From positions 1,512,532 through 1,576,531 of the forward strand of contig OZ242014.1 of assembly GCA_965204815.1 (NCBI GenBank): a stretch of 64,000 nucleotides of DNA, written 5' to 3'. This DNA is from Dehalococcoidia bacterium. Lineage in GTDB: Bacteria > Chloroflexota > Dehalococcoidia > Lucifugimonadales > CATOSD01. Under the pieces are notes generated by a model. It worked only from the letters and a program-made list of their open reading frames with translations. It was not told the DNA's origin and ran no database searches. Shown here piece by piece: positions 17,383 to 26,604 of this stretch. How positions within the stretch are numbered: the first letter of the stretch is position 1; each line of letters opens with the position of its first letter. Made by a program: the position numbers and the translations under genes.

Positions 17383-19296
17383 ATGGAGCTTATCAACCCA
17401 CTGGTAGAGAGCATTCGGCGGGAGGCGCTGGAGGACCCGGAGACGTTCTGGGCGGACGCCGCTGAAGAGGTCCACTGGTTTCGCAAGTGGGACAAGACCT
17501 TCGACTGGGACTACCCCACGTTCCGCTGGTTCGTCGGCGGCGAGACCAACCTGGCGTACAACTGCCTGGACCAGAAGGTCGCCAGCGACTGGGGCGGCCA
17601 CGCGGCGCTCGTATACGTCACCGAGGGCGGTGAAAGGCAGGTCTTCACCTACGCGCAGATGCTGCACGAGGTGCGCCGGCTCGCCGCGTCGCTGCGAGCG
17701 ATGGGCGTGGGCAAGGGCGACCGCATCACGATATACATGCCGCCGTGCCCCGAAGCGATTATGCTGATGCTCGCCGCCGTCCGTATCGGCGCCATCCACT
17801 CCGTAGTGTTCGCCGGCTTCGGCTCCGGCGCGCTCGGCGACCGCATCCAAGCGAGCGGCTCGCGGCTGGTGTTCGCCACCGACGTCACCTACCGGCGCGG
17901 CTCGAACGTGCCGCTCAAGGGCATAGTCGACGCATCGATGGAGATTGGTGGCGACTCCGTGGACAACGTAATCGTGCTCCAGCGGGGCGACGATCCGGTG
18001 TCCATGACCGACGGCCGCGACATCACCTGGGAGGACTTCCTCGCGCGGGGCAAGGGCCACGACGGCGGCTACGAGGTGATGGAGGCCAATGACCCGGCCT
18101 TCATCCTGGCAACGTCCGGCACCACCGCGAGGCCCAAGCTGGCTGTGCACGTCCACGGCGGCTACCAGGTGGGCGTACACTCGATGGGCAACTGGTGTTT
18201 CGGGCTGCGCCCGACCGACGTCTGGTGGTCAACGTCGGACATCGGCTGGATAGTGGGCCACAGCTACATCGTCTACGCGCCGCTGCTGGCCGGGGCGACC
18301 ACCATAGCGTTCGAGGGCGCTATTGACTATCCAGGCCCCGACGTGCTCTGGAAGATAATCGAGGAGTTCGGCGTAACCGGGCTGTTCACCTCGCCGACCG
18401 CGGTGCGCGCGCTGATGCGACACGGCGACGGGCCGACGCGCGGACACGACCTGTCGTCGCTGGAGCGCGTGTTCTGCGCGGGCGAGGCGCTCAACGCGCC
18501 CGCGTGGGAGTGGCTGCAAAAGTCCGTGCTGGGCGACCGCATACCGGTCATCGACCACTGGTGGCAGACCGAAACCGGCGGACCGGTCATCGGCAACCCC
18601 TACGGCATATCCACGCTGCCCATCAAGCCCGGATCTGCGGGCATACCGCTGCCCGGGGTCGACGTGGAGGTGATGACGCCGGAGGGCGAGTCCGTACCCA
18701 CCGGGGAGAAGGGCATCCTCACCATCAAGCGGCCCTGGCCCAGTCTCACTCCCAGGCTGTGGGGCGAGCCTGAGCGTTATGGCCGTGACTACTGGGGGAT
18801 AATCCCCGAGCGGTACTTCACCGGCGACTCCACGCACATCGACGAGGACGGCTACGTGTGGTTCGCGGGCCGCGCGGACGAGGTCATCAAGATCGCCGCG
18901 CACCGCATCGGCACTGTCGAGGTGGAGACGGCGTTCCTGAAGCACCAGGCGGTTGCGGAGGCGGGGGTCACAGGACGGCCCGACGAGCTGCGCGGCGAGG
19001 TCATCTCGGCGTTCGTTGTGCTCAAGAACGAGTACTCGCCGTCCAACGAGCTCAGAGGCGAGCTGCTACAGACGGTGAGGCGGGAGCTTGGGCCGATAGC
19101 CGTCATTTCCGAGCTGAACTTCGTGGACATGCTGCCCAAGACCCGCAGCGGCAAGATTATGCGGCGCGTGTTCAAGGCGGTGGTGCTGGACCAGGACCCC
19201 GGCGACATCACCACCATCGAGGACGAGGGGTCCGTGGAGGAGGCCCGGCAGGCGTGGGAGCAGATGAAGGCGGCGATGGCGCGCGAGAGCGGCTGA
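17383..19296 (+). CDS. AMP-forming acetyl-/propionyl-CoA synthetase
   Basis: 637 aa. FWADAAEEVHWFRKWD and ETNLAYNCLD at the N-terminus, TSGTTARPK AMP-binding motif, C-terminal PKTRSGKIMRR. Confidence 0.85.
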   Translation: MELINPLVESIRREALEDPETFWADAAEEVHWFRKWDKTFDWDYPTFRWFVGGETNLAYNCLDQKVASDWGGHAALVYVTEGGERQVFTYAQMLHEVRRLAASLRAMGVGKGDRITIYMPPCPEAIMLMLAAVRIGAIHSVVFAGFGSGALGDRIQASGSRLVFATDVTYRRGSNVPLKGIVDASMEIGGDSVDNVIVLQRGDDPVSMTDGRDITWEDFLARGKGHDGGYEVMEANDPAFILATSGTTARPKLAVHVHGGYQVGVHSMGNWCFGLRPTDVWWSTSDIGWIVGHSYIVYAPLLAGATTIAFEGAIDYPGPDVLWKIIEEFGVTGLFTSPTAVRALMRHGDGPTRGHDLSSLERVFCAGEALNAPAWEWLQKSVLGDRIPVIDHWWQTETGGPVIGNPYGISTLPIKPGSAGIPLPGVDVEVMTPEGESVPTGEKGILTIKRPWPSLTPRLWGEPERYGRDYWGIIPERYFTGDSTHIDEDGYVWFAGRADEVIKIAAHRIGTVEVETAFLKHQAVAEAGVTGRPDELRGEVISAFVVLKNEYSPSNELRGELLQTVRRELGPIAVISELNFVDMLPKTRSGKIMRRVFKAVVLDQDPGDITTIEDEGSVEEARQAWEQMKAAMARESG

Positions 19297-19306
19297 GGCG
19301 AGGGGC

Positions 19307-22123
19307 GTGACACTGCTCCCACCGGGGGTTGCGCCGTCCGAAGAGGTGTGGGTCGCGCTCGACCTTGAGACGACTGGCCTCAGCGCTGAGCGGGACGGCA
19401 TAATCGAGGTCGGCGCGGTGAAGTTTCGCGGCGACGAGATTCTGGACACGTTCAACTCGTTGGTGAACCCTCGCCGCCGCCTGGACGACTTCATCGTCCG
19501 GCTCACCGGCATCAATCAGAACGAGGTCGACCGCGCACCGGAGTTCGGCGCCGTGCGCCGGCAATTCGCCGAGTTCGTGGGCCAGTCCCCCATCGTCGGC
19601 CACAACCTGCGCTTCGACATGGCCTTTCTCGCCAGCCACGGCCTGGCGCTTCCCAACCCGCGCTGCGACACCTGGGACCTGGCCTACGTTCTCTACCCCG
19701 ACCTGCCCGAGTACTCTCTGGAGCGGCTCGCCGACAGATTCGGGGTGCGAAATACGAACCCCCACAGGGCGCTAGCGGACGCGCACGCCACCAGGAACGT
19801 GTTCAACGTGCTTCTGCGCCGCGTGATGGAGTTCGATGCCTTGTCGCTCGCGGAGATGGGCAGGCTGGCGGGCCGCTCGTCGTGGGTGCTGGCATACCTG
19901 CTCGACGGTATCGAGCCGCGCTCGGCTCTGGACGCCGCAACCGCATCCAGCGGCGTGTCCGCTTCCGGCCTGGACATGGACGCGCTCGGCGAGAGGCTCC
20001 AGCAGGAGCGACCCATCCGCCCCAACCAGGCCACCGAGAGGATCGACGTAGAGATGGTGGAGTCGCTGCTACGCTCCGGCAGCCCGCTGGCCGAGGCCAT
20101 GGACGGGTTCGAGGAGCGCCCCGAGCAGATCGCCGTCGCCCGCGCCGTCGCCGAGGCGATCAACGAGGGGCAGCGGCTGGTGGTGGAAGCCGGGACCGGC
20201 GTCGGCAAGTCCGTCGCCTACCTGCTGCCCGCGCTGCTCTACGCCACCGCCAACAACCGGCGCGTGGTGGTGTCCACCAACACAATCAACCTCCAGGAGC
20301 AGCTCGTCGAGAAGGACGTGCCCATGCTGGTCGAGGCGCTGGAGCACGTGCCCGGAGTTGAGGCGGCCGACTCCCGGTTCTGCCAGCTAAAGGGCAGGGC
20401 AAACTATCTGTGCCTGCGGCGCTGGTCGCGTATGAGATCGGGCGACACCCTCAACGAGGACGAGGCGCGGCTGCTTTCCAAGACCTTGGTCTGGCTGGGC
20501 GAGACGTCCACGGGCGACCGGAGCGAGCTTAACCTCGGCCATCGCAGCGCTGCGGCGCCGTGGAGCAGGCTGTCCTCCGAGCGCATGCACGAGTGCCTGG
20601 GCCTGGGCGGGCCGTGCTTCCTCCGCGCGGCTCGCGAGAAGGCCGCCGCGTCTCACGTCGTGGTGGTAAACCATGCACTGTTGCTCTCGGACGTTCTGGC
20701 GGAAGGCTCGCTGCTGCCCGAGTACGACGTGCTGATCGTCGACGAGGCGCACCACCTGGAAGAGGAGGCGACGCGCCGGTTCGGATACGACCTCTCCCAG
20801 GCGGCGCTCCAGGAACACCTGCAGCGAATCGGCGGCGAGCGCGGCCTGCTGCGCGAGGCGGTGGACGCCCTCCGCGGCTCGTCTGTGGCGGCGTCCCGGA
20901 TGGACGCAGCCGAAAAGGCGGCCTCCGACGCTACGGACCTGTCCGGTAGGGCGCTCGGCCACGCAACAAATCTGTTTGCGATGCTGGTGGAGCTGACGCT
21001 CAATCAGGGCGCGTCGAACGACTACCGCGTAACCGGCGCGGATCGCGGGCAGCCGGGCTGGTCCGATCTCGAGACGGTATGGGACAATCTGGACGTCACT
21101 CTGAGCGAACTGGGCGTCGGCCTGCGCAGCGTGAGCGCCGCCATCGACAACCTGGAAGAGGCCAACGTCGACGACTACGCGGGTCTGCGGGGCGAGCTGT
21201 CGGGCGTCACGATGGCCAACGAGGACTTTCGCCGGATGCTCAAGGAGTTCGTGCCGAATCCGCAGGAAACCGGCGTCTACTGGATAAGCAGAAATTTGGC
21301 AAACTCGGACCTGCTGCTGCACATGGCGCCGCTCGACGTTAGCGAGCAACTGGAGGAGAGCCTGTTCTCGGAGAAGGATTGCGTGGTGCTGACGAGCGCG
21401 ACGCTCACCACCGGCGGACGCTTCGACCACGTGAGAGAGCGGCTGGGCCTGGACGACGCGGAGGAGCTGCTGGTCGGCTCGCCGTTCGACTACGAAAACT
21501 CCGTGCTGCTGTGCGTGCCCGAGGACATGCCCGAACCCAACTCCTGGGCGTACCAGGAGGCGCTGGAGCAGGCGGTCAGCGACGTGGCCGTGGCCGCGAA
21601 CGGCAGGACCATGGCGCTCTTCACCTCCCACGCCTCGCTGCGGACCACGGCCCACGCGATTCGCGGCCGGCTCAGCACGCGGGGCATCGGCGTGCTCGCG
21701 CAGGGCCTGGACGGTTCGCCGCAGCAGTTGGTGCGCCGGTTCCTCGAGAACCCCGAGACCGTGCTGCTGGGCACCGCCAGCTTCTGGGAGGGCGTGGACC
21801 TGGCGGGCGAGTCGCTACAGGCGCTGCTGGTGGCGCGGCTGCCCTTCAACGTGCCCACCGAGCCGGTGTTCGAGGCGCGCTCCGAGCAGTTCGAGAACGC
21901 CTTCATGCAGTACGCCCTGCCCCAGGCAATCCTCCGGCTGCGGCAGGGCTTCGGCAGGCTGATTCGCACCAAGACCGACAGGGGCGCGGCGGTCATCCTG
22001 GACAGCCGCCTGGTGTCACGTCGGTATGGCAGGTTGTTCGTGGACTCGCTCCCGCCCGCCACGCGCAAGCGCGTGCCCCTGTACAACCTCGGTGGCGCGG
22101 TCAAGCGCTGGCTGAGGGCGTAG
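19307..22123 (+). CDS. dinG: DinG-family ATP-dependent helicase with N-terminal DEDDh 3'-5' exonuclease domain
   Basis: Exo motifs ALDLETTGL, GHNLRFDMAFL, HRALADAHAT. Helicase motifs EAGTGVGKS and VDEAHHLEE. 938 aa. Confidence 0.85.
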   Translation: MTLLPPGVAPSEEVWVALDLETTGLSAERDGIIEVGAVKFRGDEILDTFNSLVNPRRRLDDFIVRLTGINQNEVDRAPEFGAVRRQFAEFVGQSPIVGHNLRFDMAFLASHGLALPNPRCDTWDLAYVLYPDLPEYSLERLADRFGVRNTNPHRALADAHATRNVFNVLLRRVMEFDALSLAEMGRLAGRSSWVLAYLLDGIEPRSALDAATASSGVSASGLDMDALGERLQQERPIRPNQATERIDVEMVESLLRSGSPLAEAMDGFEERPEQIAVARAVAEAINEGQRLVVEAGTGVGKSVAYLLPALLYATANNRRVVVSTNTINLQEQLVEKDVPMLVEALEHVPGVEAADSRFCQLKGRANYLCLRRWSRMRSGDTLNEDEARLLSKTLVWLGETSTGDRSELNLGHRSAAAPWSRLSSERMHECLGLGGPCFLRAAREKAAASHVVVVNHALLLSDVLAEGSLLPEYDVLIVDEAHHLEEEATRRFGYDLSQAALQEHLQRIGGERGLLREAVDALRGSSVAASRMDAAEKAASDATDLSGRALGHATNLFAMLVELTLNQGASNDYRVTGADRGQPGWSDLETVWDNLDVTLSELGVGLRSVSAAIDNLEEANVDDYAGLRGELSGVTMANEDFRRMLKEFVPNPQETGVYWISRNLANSDLLLHMAPLDVSEQLEESLFSEKDCVVLTSATLTTGGRFDHVRERLGLDDAEELLVGSPFDYENSVLLCVPEDMPEPNSWAYQEALEQAVSDVAVAANGRTMALFTSHASLRTTAHAIRGRLSTRGIGVLAQGLDGSPQQLVRRFLENPETVLLGTASFWEGVDLAGESLQALLVARLPFNVPTEPVFEARSEQFENAFMQYALPQAILRLRQGFGRLIRTKTDRGAAVILDSRLVSRRYGRLFVDSLPPATRKRVPLYNLGGAVKRWLRA

Positions 22124-22125
22124 CC

Positions 22126-22995
22126 GTGCTCATTCCCTTTACCGGTCCTCTCGACCTGATAACCACGCTGGAGAGCGGCCAGGCGTTCCGCTGGCGGCGC
22201 GAGGGCGAATGGCTTACCGGCGTTGTGTTCGAGAACATCATCAGGGCGCGCCAGACGCCGGATGGGGTGGAGTTCGCGTGCGGCCCCGACGACGAGGAGG
22301 CCATCGCGCCGCTGTTCCGGGATTACCTGCGCCTGGACGACGACCTTGAGATGATCCGTGACCGCATTCGCGTGGACGACCGCATCGGGGCCGCGCTGTT
22401 GCGCTATCCCGGACTGCGCGTGCTGCGCCAGGAGCCGTGGGAGTGCCTGGTCTCGTTCATCTGCTCGGCGAACAACAACGTGCCGCGAATCAGTGTCAAC
22501 GTTGAGGACATCGCCGAGAACTTCGGCAGGCCCCTTTCGTTCGGCGAGTGCCGACGCAGCGCGTTCCCCTCTCCAGCCGAGCTGGCACAGGTGGAAGAGC
22601 AGGACCTGCGCGCGCTCGGTCTGGGATTCAGAGCCAAGTACGTCGCGGGGGCGTCCCGCATCGTGGCCGCGGGCGACCTGGACCTGTTCGCGCTGCGCGA
22701 GGCGGACTACGACGAGGCGCTGACGGCGCTGCTTGCGTTGCCGGGAGTAGGCGACAAGGTGGCCAACTGCATTCTGCTCATGTCGCTGGACAAGCGGGAG
22801 GCTTTCCCGGTTGACGTGTGGATAGATCGCGCACTGCGGGAGTGGTACCCGGAGCACGTCATTCGCGCCGATGGCAAGCCACTCACCCGCGCCGCCATGC
22901 GGCCCTGGGCGCAGTCCTACTTCGGCGAGTACGCCGGATACGCCAACCAGTATCTCTTCCAGGGCCGCCGCCTGCTGAATAGGAGCGGAGCATAG
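22126..22995 (+). CDS. ogg: 8-oxoguanine DNA glycosylase/AP lyase (Ogg1-type, HhH-GPD)
   Basis: GTG at 22126, 2 nt after the dinG stop. OGG_N-like LESGQAFRW, HhH-GPD LPGVGDKVANCILL and FPVDVWI. The long track ORF 21379-22995 overlaps dinG out of frame in its first part. Confidence 0.8.
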   Translation: MLIPFTGPLDLITTLESGQAFRWRREGEWLTGVVFENIIRARQTPDGVEFACGPDDEEAIAPLFRDYLRLDDDLEMIRDRIRVDDRIGAALLRYPGLRVLRQEPWECLVSFICSANNNVPRISVNVEDIAENFGRPLSFGECRRSAFPSPAELAQVEEQDLRALGLGFRAKYVAGASRIVAAGDLDLFALREADYDEALTALLALPGVGDKVANCILLMSLDKREAFPVDVWIDRALREWYPEHVIRADGKPLTRAAMRPWAQSYFGEYAGYANQYLFQGRRLLNRSGA

Positions 22996-23055
22996 GGTGC
23001 CGCGAGCGGCGGCGTGGAGGTTGGCGAGGCGTTCTCATACTATTTGCGGATGGGC

Positions 23056-23079
23056 AGGCTGACAAGGGTGGGTCAGCCT
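23056..23079 (+). terminator. Hairpin downstream of ogg (possible terminator), at the left edge of island 2
   Basis: AGGCTGAC (23056-23063) / GTCAGCCT (23072-23079), 8-bp stem, followed by a T/C-rich tract. Confidence 0.4.
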
Positions 23080-23205
23080 TTCCCCAAATCCTTTTTCTCC
23101 TTCAATGAGGAAGGCCAACAGGAGAGCGTAGATTGTAGAAGTCATCAAGTAGCACGTTGTGTATAATGAATCGGCCGCATACTTTGCTATTGGATCGAAC
23201 TCCAA

Positions 23206-24546
23206 ATGACTGACGTACAGGAGATTCTGCTCTCAACAATAGCAGAAAAGCGCCCCTTAATTCTCCTATTGGGCGAAGATGCTTGGAGCGACTCGCCACA
23301 GGGTGATGTCCTTCTGACGTCCGCACTCCAGAGGCTCTATGGGATCACCGAGCAAAGGAGCGGGTGGTCGGGGATGCTCACAGGAGAATCCGTACCCTCT
23401 GGGCATTATGACTGGCTAGCAGAACGCTTTGAGCGACGAAGGCACCCTCCATTTGTCGAAGTGTTGAGGGACCTCCCATGGGGCGCAGTGTTCACATCGT
23501 CGATAGACCCGACGCTCGTGAGGCTGTTTTCATATCGAGGGAGAGAGCCCGAGCCCATCCTAACTGAGGGGGAGCGTCCGCGCGCTGCCCGGAGTACGGT
23601 GCGACCACCCTTATACTATCTGTTTAGTCGCGCAGGTGAGCAGGACTTTAAGGCGCAACCACCAAGCAACCGGCGAGAACTAAACACTCGTCGTGCCCAG
23701 CATGCGGTTCCCTTACTCAACCGAATTCGGGAAACTGCGACGCCCCTAGGCACAATTGTCGTTGACGGGCTGTTGCGGGGAAACGGATGGCTCAGAATCC
23801 AGGATCTGCTAGGTGCACTTGAAGGAGCTTCGGCACATCAGATTCTATGGTTTGGCGGCAAGCCCGATCTACCTCCAGAGGATGCGGACTACTTTACGGA
23901 ACTTGTGCAAGATGGGGAAATAGTCGTTTCGGAAAAGCGACTTGGAACCGTCACTGCTGAGCTCAAAGCTACGGGGTGGCTTGCCGACATCGTTCCACTT
24001 GAATCTGAAGACGCCGGTCAAATCAGCTTCGCATCAGGTGGAGTGTATGAAGTTCCACCTGATGTCCGACTTAGAGTCGAAGCGGTGGCTTCAATCGTCG
24101 ACGACTCTTGGACTTCTTTCCTTCCACCACTCGGGCCAGATTCTAGGTACGATGCATTTCGTAGATTCCACGGTGCCCTAGGTGGGGCTCGACTTCTGGT
24201 AGAGGGTGTCAGAAGAGATTTTGCGATCGAGAGAGACTTTGAGCAACAGCTATCGAAGCAAGTGTTCGCCGCGCTTGCAGATCATTCAAGGCTCGATCTG
24301 CCTATAGTAATCGAAGGCCAATCTGGGGTTGGTAAGTCCGTAGCCTTGGCACGTCTTGTGGCTAAAGTAAGGGAAGAAAAGGCAGCGGCCGTACTCTATT
24401 CGATTGGCCGTGTCCCTCAATCCCAAGAAGTCTCAGGATTTTGCCAGGCGGTTGAGCGATCAGATGCGCCTGTGACGCTGATTGTATGCGATGCCAACAG
24501 GAATATCGACGACTATGACGAACTGTTGAGCGGACTGAGGGCCTAG
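23206..24546 (+). CDS. Island-2 protein A: divergent SIR2-like (SIR2_2-pattern) N-terminal region plus the P-loop NTPase N-half (Walker A/B); likely the 5' part of a split STAND-type gene
   Basis: PLILLLGEDAWS, AVFTSSIDPTLVRLF, PLYYLFS and ILWFGGKPDL mirror the SIR2_2 block order, but GAG, N/D and H positions are substituted. Walker A IEGQSGVGKSVALARL. Walker B VTLIVCDANR sits about 20 aa before the stop. Confidence 0.55.
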   Translation: MTDVQEILLSTIAEKRPLILLLGEDAWSDSPQGDVLLTSALQRLYGITEQRSGWSGMLTGESVPSGHYDWLAERFERRRHPPFVEVLRDLPWGAVFTSSIDPTLVRLFSYRGREPEPILTEGERPRAARSTVRPPLYYLFSRAGEQDFKAQPPSNRRELNTRRAQHAVPLLNRIRETATPLGTIVVDGLLRGNGWLRIQDLLGALEGASAHQILWFGGKPDLPPEDADYFTELVQDGEIVVSEKRLGTVTAELKATGWLADIVPLESEDAGQISFASGGVYEVPPDVRLRVEAVASIVDDSWTSFLPPLGPDSRYDAFRRFHGALGGARLLVEGVRRDFAIERDFEQQLSKQVFAALADHSRLDLPIVIEGQSGVGKSVALARLVAKVREEKAAAVLYSIGRVPQSQEVSGFCQAVERSDAPVTLIVCDANRNIDDYDELLSGLRA

Positions 24547-24635
24547 GGAGACGTGTTGTAGTAGTTGGATCACAGTATCGTGTTTCTGCCAACGAAAGCG
24601 GGGATCAACATCCACGCCTTGAGGCCACGTCTGGC

Positions 24636-26603
24636 TTGTCAGCAACTGAGAGGCAGAAACTGCTCGAGCTAATTGGTTCCTTTGACGTAGGCACGCAGTT
24701 TCAACCAGAAGGCGAGCACTTCTTGGCGTTCTTGTACCGTCACTTGCCGGCCAGCAGACCACACATCGGCTCTGGTCTCGGCGCGGAGGCAAGAGCGACC
24801 GTGCAAGTGTTGGATGAAAGGGGCAATCAGCAACAGCCAACGCCCGTAATCAGCAAGTTACACCAACAACTCGTTGAGAAGGGGTACATAAGCGAGTATC
24901 AGGCTCTCTTTGATGACCGACAATCCGACGAATTAGACGCTAATGAGCTCTCTGCGGGAAAGATCGTGGATATGGTCATGGTGGCTGGCAGGCTGAACTG
25001 CCCAGTTCCCGTGAACGTCCTTTTACGAGCAGTTAGCGACCAGTATCAGAGGTTTGACTCCACGCTAGTCTCCAGCCTATTCCGTGATCTCGACTTGTTT
25101 AGATGGGACTCTGGTGACTCCCAAGGCAACGAACTAGTTGTGCTTCCCCGGTTGCCGCTTGAGGCGCAACTCATCTGTGAACGTAGGCTTGGGAGTACGC
25201 AAGCCGAAGCTGGCGTAATCGTTGACTTGATAGGCTCGGTTCGGCTTGGGCTTGACGGGACTCACGAACGAGCATTCCTGCTTAATCTCCTTCAGCAAGT
25301 CGGACGCGACGGACCTCGGGGTAGTGCTTACAGGCATACCTATGCGGACTTTGCTCGAAAACTTACCGAACTGCGTAATCAATACAATGTGGTTGACGCC
25401 AGCCTAATGTTGCAGGAATCTGCTTTCCGAAGGAGTGCAGTGCGGGAAGAGCAAGTTGACGACGAACTTCACTTCTCACTATTAGAAGAAGCACGTGATG
25501 CGGTACAGACTGCACTAGACGGAATTGACAATGGACAGTTGCGGGCAGCAAGGCGAACGCGGCAAAACCTCCTTGTCGAACGCGCGGCACTCTATGGGTT
25601 TCTCGCTAACGACCGTGCCAGGCGAAACGAGATATCTACGGATATATGGTCTGCGTACCAAGCTGCAAGGGTTGCAGTTCGTCAAGCGGTAAGCGCAGCA
25701 GACAACTATTATCCCTACGATGTAGGAATTTGGAGCCCTGCCGACCTATTCGAATCTGCTGATTTGACAGAATCACAACGTGCGGAACTGGCGGCGGACA
25801 TATATTCCACATTGGATCAGGTGGAGCGGAACTCACTGCCACCGTCCCAAAGACAGAAGTTTCGGAGGCGCCAGATGACTGTCGGCGGTGTGCTCGGAAA
25901 CCAGGCACTCACAGACGCCGCCTACGTTGAACTTGAACGCCTGGGGTCGACTGCCGGATATTTCTTGCGCGCGCGAGGAATTGCCCCTGAATTGGGAAGC
26001 CAAGAGGTTGAAGTAACTCTAACCGCGGACATTGAGAGAGCCCAGAGAGCTGCTGACTTTTTGACTGAGCGTTTCGACAAGATTCGACAAGATGAGCGAT
26101 GTCTGTGGTTGCTACTGGAGAACCGTTGGATCACTCTGATGAGGCGTCGGCCACTTCGTGGCCAGCGTCAACCATTGCCTGAAGGCGATGCTCGTCTTGA
26201 ACTTCTCGACATCATCCGTTCGCTTAACCTTGCTGCCGGTGACTCGGCACGGTACGGGACTCGCTATCTTGAGGCAGTGCTCATATGGTTGTCGAACGAC
26301 TATATTGCCGCACGCGAGATCTTTCGACAACTCGATAGAGAAACCGATAATGTTTACCGAGGTCGAGTCTTTCGGCGTCACGTGATATCCGACTCTAGTG
26401 GCGGCCCCAAGGGATTCACCGGACGGATTGAGGACCGAACTGGACAAGACCGATGGCGGCTTCGGGTAAACGAACTCGGCCAAACAATAGACTTGCTCGA
26501 AAGAGATTTCTCCCGCGAAGACATACAATATGGACGGACACTGTCCGGATTCGCCATTGCATTCAATTTCATTGGTCCAATTGCTGATCCCATTAGGCGA
26601 TAG
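24636..26603 (+). CDS. Island-2 protein B: continuation of the NTPase core followed by about 600 aa of helical region and a small C-terminal domain
   Basis: The frame is open from 24519. In-frame upstream peptide GRRVVVVGSQYRVSANESG...RLEATSGLSATERQKLLELI resembles the post-Walker-B strand and signature helix of STAND/AAA NTPases. TTG start per the track, with no good RBS. Confidence 0.5.
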   Translation: MSATERQKLLELIGSFDVGTQFQPEGEHFLAFLYRHLPASRPHIGSGLGAEARATVQVLDERGNQQQPTPVISKLHQQLVEKGYISEYQALFDDRQSDELDANELSAGKIVDMVMVAGRLNCPVPVNVLLRAVSDQYQRFDSTLVSSLFRDLDLFRWDSGDSQGNELVVLPRLPLEAQLICERRLGSTQAEAGVIVDLIGSVRLGLDGTHERAFLLNLLQQVGRDGPRGSAYRHTYADFARKLTELRNQYNVVDASLMLQESAFRRSAVREEQVDDELHFSLLEEARDAVQTALDGIDNGQLRAARRTRQNLLVERAALYGFLANDRARRNEISTDIWSAYQAARVAVRQAVSAADNYYPYDVGIWSPADLFESADLTESQRAELAADIYSTLDQVERNSLPPSQRQKFRRRQMTVGGVLGNQALTDAAYVELERLGSTAGYFLRARGIAPELGSQEVEVTLTADIERAQRAADFLTERFDKIRQDERCLWLLLENRWITLMRRRPLRGQRQPLPEGDARLELLDIIRSLNLAAGDSARYGTRYLEAVLIWLSNDYIAAREIFRQLDRETDNVYRGRVFRRHVISDSSGGPKGFTGRIEDRTGQDRWRLRVNELGQTIDLLERDFSREDIQYGRTLSGFAIAFNFIGPIADPIRR

Positions 26604-26604
26604 A

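Noticed and set aside
21379-22125. N-terminal 250 aa of the 538-aa track ORF 21379-22995
   Set aside because: This Arg/Gly/Ala-rich segment overlaps the dinG 3' region in another frame and has no motifs. Ogg homology starts at the GTG at 22126, right after the dinG stop.
23133-23167. Sigma-70 promoter for island-2 gene A (TTGTAG ... TATAAT)
   Set aside because: A perfect TATAAT is present at 23162-23167, but the best -35-like hexamer is 23 nt away and there is no proper TGn extended -10. It is noted here but not reported as a feature.
26530-26604. Upstream extension of island-2 protein C (track start at 26530)
   Set aside because: The extension overlaps the 3' end of protein B in another frame. 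The ATG at 26605, directly after the B stop, gives a coupled arrangement and is the more plausible start.
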